From Candidatus Dojkabacteria bacterium (GTDB taxonomy: Bacteria > Patescibacteriota > Dojkabacteria > B142 > OLB20), in assembly GCA_035444565.1 (NCBI GenBank), contig DAOMOX010000003.1:95488-159487 (forward strand): 64,000 bases of DNA. The letters are read 5' to 3'. The notes under the pieces were generated by a model that was given only the letters and a program-made list of their open reading frames with translations, had not been told where the DNA came from and ran no database searches. How positions within the stretch are numbered: position 1 is the first letter of the stretch; each line of letters starts with the position of its first letter. The position numbers were made by a program, and so were the translations under genes. This document shows positions 20,027 to 28,779 of this stretch, one piece after another.

Positions 20027-21823
20027 ATGAACCTAACAACTGCCCAAACAACTTCTGTTACAGCTGGTAATGACGCTACGAGTTTAGCTACGTCCGATAA
20101 TTTCAACCTTCAACAAAATGAGCTTGTTGCCAAGTTAACCGAAAAAGGACTTATCTCTAAGGAAAATTTCGATCAAGCTAAGGTAAAAGCTCTCACAAGT
20201 GGGAAAAATATTGAAGATATACTCTTTCAGGATAAATTAGTGTCACCAGAAGAGTTTTATAAAATTAAAAGTGAAATTTATCATATTCCTTTCATAAGTA
20301 TTGCTGAAAGAAGAATTCCAGTAGAGATATTAAACATTTTCTCCAAAGATATTGCGAAAAAAAATCAGGCTGTTGCTTTCGAAGAAACTCCTGACGTAGT
20401 TAAAGTTGCTATGGTTGATCCGCTCGACCTTCAAAAGACTAGGTTTCTCACAACGATCATTGGAAAGAAAATTGAGCCATATTTTACTGACCCAATTTCT
20501 ATAAAGACAGTAATCGATACAAGATATGGAGCACAAATTACAAGTGAGGTTGATGAAGCGCTTGAAGACGTTGCGGATATTATTGATGTTACCGGTGATG
20601 GTGATTTTAGTAACGAGGATATCACTTCTGCTCCAGTCGCGAAAATTGTAAATATGATTTTAGAATACGCAGTCAAACATAAGGCATCTGATGTACACAT
20701 CGAGCCAAGAGAATCAGGGATTATAGTCAGATATAGAATGAGTGGGGTTTTATCTGAAAAATTAAACTTTCCTAAGAAGCTCGAGAAACCAGTTGTTGCT
20801 AGGATCAAAATTCTCTCAAATTTAAAAATTGACGAACATAGAGTCCCACAAGATGGTAGATTTCAAGTAAAAATGGACAATCAAATAGTTGATATTCGTG
20901 TTTCTATTATGCCCTCAGTCTATGGTGAAAAAGTTGTGTTACGTTTACTTGAACGAGGTGGTAATGCCATAAGTTTCGAAAGTACTGGGATCAGGGCCCA
21001 GGCAAAAGATGACTTCTTGAAGGGTTTAAAGAAAACACAAGGCATCATCTTAGTAACAGGTCCTACCGGAAGTGGTAAAACCGTAACCCTAGCCTCTTCT
21101 CTTATGATTCTAAATCATCCTGAAGTAAATATTGTCACTCTCGAAGATCCTGTAGAAATTAGAATCGAAGGTGTTACACAAATTCAAATAAATGCGGATA
21201 TTGGTTTAACATTTGCTAACGGACTGAGGTCCGTCTTGAGACAAGACCCTGACATCGTGATGGTAGGAGAAATTCGTGATCAAGAAACAGCGAGATTGGC
21301 TGTGCAGGCATCATTAACCGGACATTTGGTCTTAGCGACACTACATACAAATAATGCAGCAGGAGCAATTCCTAGATTGATAGATATGGGAATTGAGCCA
21401 TTTCTATTAGCATCAACAATAAACGTTGTAGCAGCACAGAGATTGACTAGAAAGATATGTGACAATTGTAAGATGGAATATATGGCGAACGATGAACAGG
21501 TAGAAGAAATTGAAAAAGTACTTTCTAATGTTCCAGGGTTTGATTTTGCTAAACTTTTAAGGCAGAATAATAACAAGCTAATATTATACAAAGGAAAGGG
21601 ATGTCCTGAATGTGGGGATAGTGGATACAAAGGTAGGATTGGAATATTCGAGGCATTTTCTATAGATGAGGGAATAATGGGGTTAATATCAGACTCTGCC
21701 GTAGCAAACGAAATAGAGAAAGTTGCAGTTAGTAATGGAATGATTACAATGATTCAAGACGGATATCTGAAGGTTTTAGAAGGAATGACAACAATTGAAG
21801 AAGTTCTTCGTGTAGTTAATTAA
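20027..21823 (+). CDS. pilB: Type IV pilus assembly ATPase
   Basis: ASDVHIEP, PQDGR, GPTGSGKT, LRQDPD, TLHTN, tetracysteine motif. Confidence 0.95.
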   Translation: MNLTTAQTTSVTAGNDATSLATSDNFNLQQNELVAKLTEKGLISKENFDQAKVKALTSGKNIEDILFQDKLVSPEEFYKIKSEIYHIPFISIAERRIPVEILNIFSKDIAKKNQAVAFEETPDVVKVAMVDPLDLQKTRFLTTIIGKKIEPYFTDPISIKTVIDTRYGAQITSEVDEALEDVADIIDVTGDGDFSNEDITSAPVAKIVNMILEYAVKHKASDVHIEPRESGIIVRYRMSGVLSEKLNFPKKLEKPVVARIKILSNLKIDEHRVPQDGRFQVKMDNQIVDIRVSIMPSVYGEKVVLRLLERGGNAISFESTGIRAQAKDDFLKGLKKTQGIILVTGPTGSGKTVTLASSLMILNHPEVNIVTLEDPVEIRIEGVTQIQINADIGLTFANGLRSVLRQDPDIVMVGEIRDQETARLAVQASLTGHLVLATLHTNNAAGAIPRLIDMGIEPFLLASTINVVAAQRLTRKICDNCKMEYMANDEQVEEIEKVLSNVPGFDFAKLLRQNNNKLILYKGKGCPECGDSGYKGRIGIFEAFSIDEGIMGLISDSAVANEIEKVAVSNGMITMIQDGYLKVLEGMTTIEEVLRVVN

Positions 21824-21842
21824 TTAAGAAATCGCTTAAAAT

Positions 21843-23285
21843 ATGCAAAACACAGTACTGCCCCAGGATAACAACGTTAGGGAATATTCTGGACCTCCCC
21901 TTCCAAGATCAAATAACCTATTTAATGATATTGATTATCAACTTAGCACTGATTTTCGTGACACAGTGTTACAGCCTACTCCGATGGTTGATTCCGTGCA
22001 GCAGACTGGTCCTCAGGATCAAAACAATGACAACTTAGTTTCAACTCAGAATACACAAAATAATGTCCAGCCATCTCAGGGTGATAGTTCACAATTTCAA
22101 AATGTGGGAACAGAACCTGCTTCAACATCGGGAGAGCAATCCCCTATGGCTAGTACTTTACCAACTCTTCAAGTTCAAAGAACAACTGAGCAGAACCAAA
22201 TCAATCTGGGTTCCAACCTTACGAACTTCAATTCAATTAATGAATTACTATCATTAGCCGTTGAGAAAGGAGCTTCTGATTTGCATGTTTCTGTTGGTTA
22301 CCCTCCCTTACTTAGAATAAATGGAGATTTACTTCCAGTTCCTTCACAGGTATTAACAGAAGAGAAAGTCTCACAACTATTTGGAGAAATTTTGATGGAA
22401 AATCAGAAGAAACAATTACTGAATTATTTGGATATTGATTTTTCTTATACTCATTCTACTGGTAATCGATTTAGAATAAATATCTTTCACAAACAAGGAA
22501 ATCTTGCAGGTGCATTTCGATTGATACCATCAAAGATTCGAACAATTACAGATTTGGGGATGCCCAATATACTCCAGGATTTTACTACAGTTGCAAATGG
22601 GTTGGTTTTGATTACTGGTCCGACCGGAAGTGGTAAAAGTACTACAATAGCATCAATAATTCAGGAGATAAATCTTTCTCAAGCGAGACATATTATTACG
22701 ATTGAAGATCCTGTGGAGTACTTGTTTCCTCGTGCAAAAGCACTTGTCAATCAACGAGAGGTCGGCAAAGATGTCCGAAGTTGGACTAGAGGTTTGAGAG
22801 AAATATTAAGAGAAGATCCAGATGTTGTGTTAGTTGGGGAAATGAGAGATTATGAAACCATTGCCTTAACCATAACGGCTGCAGAAACTGGTCATTTAGT
22901 ATTTTCTACATTGCACACTAATTCTGCATCTCAGACAATTGATCGTATTATTGATGTATTTCCAGATGTGCAACAAGCACAGATTAGGGCTCAATTGGCT
23001 AATGTAATTCATGCTGTTGTCTCCCAGAGACTTATTCCCCTCAAAAGTGGTGGAAGAAAAGCAGTTTCTGAAATTATGATTGCTACACCTGCAATTAGAA
23101 ATGCAATTCGTGAAAAGAAAACATATCAAATCGATAATATGATTCAGACAAGTGCCGAGTTAGGGATGATCAGTTTGGAGAAATCACTTGTCAATTTAAT
23201 AAGATCCGGTGAAATCACACTAGACGAGGCACAGGCATATACAGTCAAACATAATGATCTAATTAGCCTATTAAAGCAAAACTAA
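21843..23285 (+). CDS. pilT: Type IV pilus retraction ATPase with long low-complexity N-terminus
   Basis: ASDLH, GPTGSGKSTT, LREDPDV, AAETGHLV, AIRNAIRE motif. Confidence 0.93.
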   Translation: MQNTVLPQDNNVREYSGPPLPRSNNLFNDIDYQLSTDFRDTVLQPTPMVDSVQQTGPQDQNNDNLVSTQNTQNNVQPSQGDSSQFQNVGTEPASTSGEQSPMASTLPTLQVQRTTEQNQINLGSNLTNFNSINELLSLAVEKGASDLHVSVGYPPLLRINGDLLPVPSQVLTEEKVSQLFGEILMENQKKQLLNYLDIDFSYTHSTGNRFRINIFHKQGNLAGAFRLIPSKIRTITDLGMPNILQDFTTVANGLVLITGPTGSGKSTTIASIIQEINLSQARHIITIEDPVEYLFPRAKALVNQREVGKDVRSWTRGLREILREDPDVVLVGEMRDYETIALTITAAETGHLVFSTLHTNSASQTIDRIIDVFPDVQQAQIRAQLANVIHAVVSQRLIPLKSGGRKAVSEIMIATPAIRNAIREKKTYQIDNMIQTSAELGMISLEKSLVNLIRSGEITLDEAQAYTVKHNDLISLLKQN

Positions 23286-24499
23286 TGGCAATATTTAAAT
23301 ACGAAGCAGCAGATAAACAAGGTAAAGTTGTTGCAGGAAAACGTGATGCGGAATCAGCCAAGGAGATTGTGGATTTCCTTCACGAAAAAGACTTGATTGT
23401 GATTACAATCGAAGAAAGTTTTGATTTGAAAAATCTATTCTCACTTCAGGTGGGTGGAGTTCCATACAAAGAAAGAGTCTTCCTGATAAAACAACTCACC
23501 TTTATGTTAGAAGCTGGCTTACCTATTCTGCAATCTCTAGAAGTACTTGTCGATCAAGCAAAATACCCTAGCCTCAAAGAAAAGCTGAAAAAAGTATATC
23601 TTGATGTCAAAGGCGGACTTCCTTTGGCGACCTCTTTCGCAAAACAAGATGTAATTTTTGATGAAATCCAAATAAGTCTAATCCAATCAGCGGAGAAAAG
23701 TGGAAACTTGATTGAAGTTATGCAACAGATTTCTATTGATATTGAAAAAAAACAAAAATTAAAAAATAAAGTAAAAAATGCCTTAATCTACCCTACTATC
23801 ATAGTTTTGACTGCGATTGTAGTGATGATGATTTTGGTAATTTATATGGTCCCGGCTGTGGTCGATCTTTATGCTGATCTTGGAGCTGCAGATCAGATTC
23901 CTCTAGTGACAAGGATTTTAGTCGCCATAAGTAATTTCTTTACCTCTCCGGTGGGAATCATTATTACCGTTCTTGTTCTGTTAGGGTTAGTTTTAGGATA
24001 TAGGGTTGCACATGCATCCGAAGGTGGTAGAAGAGTTATCGATAAGGCATATCTTAAAATGCCAATCCTAGGAGTATTATTAAACAATGTTCAAGTAGTA
24101 GAAATGACCAGGATGTTAGCTATGCTTCTAAAGAGTGGAATTCCGATCATTGATGCAATGTATTCTACAGCTGGTGGTTTAAGTAACATTCATTATAGTA
24201 ATGCAATGATTTATTCGGCAGAGAAGGTTTCAAAGGGATCGGCTATTGCATTATCGTTAGCAAAAACTGATGTAATCCCAAATATTGTGATAAAAATGAT
24301 AGCAACCGGAGAAGATACTGGCTCGCTAGACAAAATATTAAGTGATTTGTCCGAATTCTACGAGAATGAAGTGAATGAGATGACTGCAAATCTTACAAGT
24401 ATGATTGAACCGATTATGTTACTGATAGTAGGTGTAATGGTTGCATTCTTAGCTGTTGCTGTCTACTTCCCTATTTATAACATCGCTCAAATTATTTAA
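23285..24499 (+). CDS. pilC: Type IV pilus platform protein (GspF/PilC)
   Basis: AGLPILQSL, ALIYP, GEDTGSLD, IEP, YFPIY. Confidence 0.94.
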   Translation: MAIFKYEAADKQGKVVAGKRDAESAKEIVDFLHEKDLIVITIEESFDLKNLFSLQVGGVPYKERVFLIKQLTFMLEAGLPILQSLEVLVDQAKYPSLKEKLKKVYLDVKGGLPLATSFAKQDVIFDEIQISLIQSAEKSGNLIEVMQQISIDIEKKQKLKNKVKNALIYPTIIVLTAIVVMMILVIYMVPAVVDLYADLGAADQIPLVTRILVAISNFFTSPVGIIITVLVLLGLVLGYRVAHASEGGRRVIDKAYLKMPILGVLLNNVQVVEMTRMLAMLLKSGIPIIDAMYSTAGGLSNIHYSNAMIYSAEKVSKGSAIALSLAKTDVIPNIVIKMIATGEDTGSLDKILSDLSEFYENEVNEMTANLTSMIEPIMLLIVGVMVAFLAVAVYFPIYNIAQII

Positions 24500-24522
24500 T
24501 TTTTATTTATTATCTTTTATTA

Positions 24523-24957
24523 ATGAAAGCAAAAAAGGCTTTTACGTTACTTGAATTGCTAGTCGCTATGGCAATTATTGCCGTTCTAATTGCCTTGGCA
24601 ATTTTCGGTATTATTCAAGTACAAAGAAATTCCAGAGAAACTCAAAGAAGAAAGGCAGCCGAGGATATAAATATAGGTATACAAGACTATTATACAAACT
24701 ATGGTGAATATCCTGATGTATTAACTTTTGGAACAATTTCTACTGGTGTAGGAGTTGAAGTTTCAGATTCGACTGGTGCAAATGTGATTGAAGTACCTCT
24801 AAAAAATGCCGCAGAACCAGGTGCTACAACAACAGCACAAGCTACAAAATGGTATTTTTCCAACACTGCACCAGGGTACAAATTGAATTATTGTAATGAG
24901 CGAGATGTTGAGATATTTGCAGGTACTGATGAAACATCAGGTATGACTTGTCCTTAA
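24523..24957 (+). CDS. Type IV pilin (probable major pilin)
   Basis: KKA|FTLLELLVAMAIIAVL class III signal; C-terminal Cys pair. Confidence 0.9.
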   Translation: MKAKKAFTLLELLVAMAIIAVLIALAIFGIIQVQRNSRETQRRKAAEDINIGIQDYYTNYGEYPDVLTFGTISTGVGVEVSDSTGANVIEVPLKNAAEPGATTTAQATKWYFSNTAPGYKLNYCNERDVEIFAGTDETSGMTCP

Positions 24958-24971
24958 TCAAAAATAAATAA

Positions 24972-25454
24972 ATGATAACCAAGGCTGAAACTAAAAAATC
25001 ATCAAAATCACTCGCGATCTCTCCTCGGAGATTGCGAGTGTACTTGGTTTTCATTGGAGTATTATTTTTAGGCTTATTGATTCTCGGATTATCTTTAAAC
25101 CGTTATGCGCTTTGGCAAAAAGGTGTTAGAGAGAATCAGAGAGTTGAGATGATGAATAAAATCGTTACTGAACTTGAAAAATTCAAAGCTGAGAATGAAG
25201 ATTATCCTGAAGCAGTATTTTTTAAAACTGACTCAGTTTTAATTTGTCCGAAAATAGATTGTTTAATTAGTACAGAATTAGAATTAAAAGGATCAACGAA
25301 GGGTGCCTCAGACCTTCAGCCCAAAACTGATAAAGAATTCACAAGTTACAAATATGAATTGAGCGACAATACTTTTAAACTAGCATTTTGTGACGAAGAT
25401 GGTCAGGTTAATAATTTCGGAGAAGCATCTTATGATGAAATGATTTGTAAATGA
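24972..25454 (+). CDS. Pilin-like protein lacking a canonical prepilin cleavage site
   Basis: Single TM, EDYP and FKLAFCDE segments parallel the upstream pilin; no G/A|F-x-x-x-E. Confidence 0.7.
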   Translation: MITKAETKKSSKSLAISPRRLRVYLVFIGVLFLGLLILGLSLNRYALWQKGVRENQRVEMMNKIVTELEKFKAENEDYPEAVFFKTDSVLICPKIDCLISTELELKGSTKGASDLQPKTDKEFTSYKYELSDNTFKLAFCDEDGQVNNFGEASYDEMICK

Positions 25455-26287
25455 ACTTAATAATGGAAATAATATTAATTCTTCAGATTTTTGTTTTAGG
25501 TCTGGTGTGGGGTAGTTTCCTCAATATGGCAGTATATCGAGTTAAGCATAATCTGAGTTTTTCGGGGAGATCTTTCTGTGATCATACAAAAGAGAAACTT
25601 ACCTGGAAGGATTTAATCCCCCTACTCTCTTATTTCTTTTACAAAGGTAGGTGTCGACACTGTAAAAAGAAATTACCAGCAATTTATCCTATTGTAGAGT
25701 TTACGACAGGTTTAGTTTTTGTTTTAGGTTTTTGGTACTTATGGAATAATTTTCTAGATAAGCCATTATTTGGATTAAATTTATTTATCATCGTTATTTA
25801 CTCCTTGTTCTTCCTTTTTTTCGCAGTTTATGATTATCTCTATTGGGAAGTAAATGTAAAAGCTATCAAGTTAGCATTAGTTATTTCTGCGCTATTTTCG
25901 TTAACAGCAATTGTACTTTCAGATAAACAACTTGTCGTCTCAGGTATAAGCGGATATTTAGGTGCGCTTATTGCAGGATTAATTATTTACTTAATTGTAA
26001 AATTTACGAAAGGCTCTGGTATGGGTGAGGGAGATATATATTTAATGGCTTTTGCTGGTTTTGCAGTAGGTATAGAAGGTCTTATTCCTCTGTTCTTGAT
26101 AAGTTCTGTAAGTGGTTCGATTATAGGAATTATTAAAGCGTTGAGAGTGGGTAAACTTCATGGCGTGCAAATACAGTTTGTTCCTTTCATCAGTTTTGCA
26201 GCTCTAGCTGTTTTATTCTGGAAGGATTCAATTTTGAAATTACTTTCACTGGATGAATTTTTCTTACTGATTTCTGAATATTTATGA
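25451..26287 (+). CDS. pilD: Prepilin peptidase
   Basis: GSFLN, RSFCDH, DLIPLLS, GRCRHC, GMGEGD, FVPFI. Confidence 0.93.
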   Translation: MNLIMEIILILQIFVLGLVWGSFLNMAVYRVKHNLSFSGRSFCDHTKEKLTWKDLIPLLSYFFYKGRCRHCKKKLPAIYPIVEFTTGLVFVLGFWYLWNNFLDKPLFGLNLFIIVIYSLFFLFFAVYDYLYWEVNVKAIKLALVISALFSLTAIVLSDKQLVVSGISGYLGALIAGLIIYLIVKFTKGSGMGEGDIYLMAFAGFAVGIEGLIPLFLISSVSGSIIGIIKALRVGKLHGVQIQFVPFISFAALAVLFWKDSILKLLSLDEFFLLISEYL

Positions 26288-26832
26288 TACGGATAAAAAA
26301 GGGGTATACATTATTAGAGATTTTGGTTGTGATGGCAATTATAGCAATACTTCTATCAATGTTAATACAAGTTATGGCTAATTTCAGAAGAACTATCGAG
26401 TTGCAACAAGCGAGTGACTTGTTAACTTCAAGTGTAAATGAAACAAAAAACTATGCGGCAAATAATGTATTACCTGATGGCATAGTAATTGATGATGATA
26501 GCATTTATGCGTATCAATTAGTTCCTCAGTCGAACGATATTGAACGAAGAGTTTGCCAAAAAATTGGAAATTCAATATTTTGGGATTGCTCGATTTCAAC
26601 AAAAGTCGATAATTTTATTAATCTTGATAATAATAATGTTTTACTTAACACTGTTGGATGCGATAGTATGATTTTAATTAATTTGATAAGTGACTGGCAG
26701 GTTGAAAACAGCGGCACTTATAGCGATTCAATCTGTGAGATTGAACTTTCTCATAAAACAGATCCAGAAGTCTTTAGAAGGTTTATATTTGATGGAGCAA
26801 AAAATACTTTTGAAGTAAAATATGGAAATTAA
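26284..26832 (+). CDS. Minor pilin (FimU/GspH-like)
   Basis: KG|YTLLEILVVMAII. Confidence 0.85.
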   Translation: MIRIKKGYTLLEILVVMAIIAILLSMLIQVMANFRRTIELQQASDLLTSSVNETKNYAANNVLPDGIVIDDDSIYAYQLVPQSNDIERRVCQKIGNSIFWDCSISTKVDNFINLDNNNVLLNTVGCDSMILINLISDWQVENSGTYSDSICEIELSHKTDPEVFRRFIFDGAKNTFEVKYGN

Positions 26833-27337
26833 AAAACTAAACATAAAAGCATTTGGATTATTGGAATCAATAATTGCTATCGGTGTTTTTGGGGTTACCA
26901 TAGTAGTGGGTTTATCTTTGATTGTGAAGTCATTAGCGATTATAAAAGATAACCAAGTTGCAGATCAGGCATCAGCCTTCGTTTATTCATCTTTAGAATA
27001 TGCTCGCTCACCAATTGTAAAGCCTGAAACTCTTACGAAGGGGTTATTTTATAAGGTGAATACAGGTTTGCAGGGGCAAGTTACTGGTATCACTTCGACA
27101 TCTTCTGCTTCCGAGATCGAGGCAAACTCTTCATGTTCATCTTCATCTGAGTTTTATGTTGATATTGATGGTCCAGACTCTAACGGCACATTTTGTAACC
27201 AAATCACTGTAGATTATGTTAATCCGCTCGACCCTACAAATAGTGATTATATTATCAGGTCTATAGGAGTCTATAAGATCAAAGATGGCTATAAACTCAC
27301 CGAATCAATCGGTTTTAAAAACAGAACTCAATTATGA
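26822..27337 (+). CDS. Minor pilin (PilV-like)
   Basis: KA|FGLLESIIAIGVF. Confidence 0.8.
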   Translation: MEIKKLNIKAFGLLESIIAIGVFGVTIVVGLSLIVKSLAIIKDNQVADQASAFVYSSLEYARSPIVKPETLTKGLFYKVNTGLQGQVTGITSTSSASEIEANSSCSSSSEFYVDIDGPDSNGTFCNQITVDYVNPLDPTNSDYIIRSIGVYKIKDGYKLTESIGFKNRTQL

Positions 27338-27936
27338 TTATGACTAAGACTATTAAAAATAAGAAAGGCTTTTCGCTTCTTGAAATGTTAGTGACTTTAG
27401 TGGTTTTTGCTGTTCTTATGACAATGATAGTTCAAGTATTAATCCTTAGTATCAATGCAGGGAGAAGAATCGCTGGTAGATCGAAAGTTAGAGGTGATTT
27501 ATCAGAAATTGCGGTTATGATTAGACGAGATTTCCGCAATTCAAGCAGAATTGATCAAACCCTTTGTGGTGAAAGTATCAGTTTCGTTAACCCTGATGGT
27601 ACAAACGCCGTTTCATCTGCTCCCGCTTGCTTTTTCAATTTGACAGGAAATGACTATGCTTGGGTATATGGGACTAATGTAACAGAATGCCCGGAGAACA
27701 AGTTGTGTAAACTAAAGCAGAATCCATCGGGGGTTTACGAACTCTATTATCAATCTTCTGACATTCTGAAGTTCGATCCTATCGGCACTCGTTTTGAACT
27801 TACACTCTATCAACAAACAGAAAAAACCACTCAAGGTATTTTGTTAGCCTCACTTACTGCAAATGTTTCTGATGATGTGAATATTGAGGTCTCCACGCAG
27901 TATCGTCAAATTAGTGTATTTACTAGGAACTTTTAA
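27334..27936 (+). CDS. Minor pilin (PilW-like)
   Basis: KG|FSLLEMLVTL, IRRDFRN. Confidence 0.85.
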   Translation: MIMTKTIKNKKGFSLLEMLVTLVVFAVLMTMIVQVLILSINAGRRIAGRSKVRGDLSEIAVMIRRDFRNSSRIDQTLCGESISFVNPDGTNAVSSAPACFFNLTGNDYAWVYGTNVTECPENKLCKLKQNPSGVYELYYQSSDILKFDPIGTRFELTLYQQTEKTTQGILLASLTANVSDDVNIEVSTQYRQISVFTRNF

Positions 27937-28775
27937 GGTTTAGGTTTTGATACTACCTTGTTTGTTCTAAGAGCATAATCCAATATCTCTAAAGATGGAT
28001 CCTTAGTAGGGATTTGAAGCTCTAGTTGAATTGATGGAGAGTTCCCTAAATCGTCGTCTATTTCAGCTGTTGCTAGTATTATATATGCCTGAGGGGGTAA
28101 ACCTGAGTCTGGTGATGTTGGTTCTAGAAGTGATAATTCAGTATTACTGCCAATTCTCATAATTGGTTTCATCCTCACAGATATCGGTGCGTAAACTCCA
28201 CTTGGTTCTACACTATCTAGACATTGTTTAATGTCAAATTCGAAACTATTCGAACCATCTGGGATAAATGATAAACAACTTATAGGATCATTTGGATCGA
28301 AGATATCAAAATTATCATAAATACTCTGTGAGGTTTTATATTCACCAATATTAGACTTATAGTCAATGTTTACAACCCAAGCCACCTGCCCTTTCCAACT
28401 AAATTTTAAGTTGTCCTTATATCCTTCTAGAGGTATCGTTATATTCTTGTCTTTTCCAACTGGGATATCCGAAAAGTTAATGATCAGATCTTTTACTATG
28501 TAGAGCATTTTTTTCGAAAGAGCATTACTAAATTCTAATCCAGTTAGTTCAATATCACATGTTATTGAAGCCTCAGGACATGCTGGATTTTGGCCAGAGA
28601 TGATTTTTAGTAACTCCTGTTCTACAGCTGAATAATACTCTTCGTATTGTTCAGATTGGAATTGATCAAGAGTATCTCGCCTAACATTTTTTGAAATCAA
28701 AACAAGCAATATACTAATAATAGCTAATGCCAACATCAAGATTATTAGTATTTGTCCTTTGTATGCTTTTTTCAT
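27933..28775 (-). CDS. PilX-like minor pilin
   Basis: KG|QILIILML without Glu5, YYSAVEQ; convergent TTAA stop overlap with the PilW-like gene. Confidence 0.7.
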   Translation of the reverse strand: MKKAYKGQILIILMLALAIISILLVLISKNVRRDTLDQFQSEQYEEYYSAVEQELLKIISGQNPACPEASITCDIELTGLEFSNALSKKMLYIVKDLIINFSDIPVGKDKNITIPLEGYKDNLKFSWKGQVAWVVNIDYKSNIGEYKTSQSIYDNFDIFDPNDPISCLSFIPDGSNSFEFDIKQCLDSVEPSGVYAPISVRMKPIMRIGSNTELSLLEPTSPDSGLPPQAYIILATAEIDDDLGNSPSIQLELQIPTKDPSLEILDYALRTNKVVSKPKP

Positions 28776-28779
28776 AATA

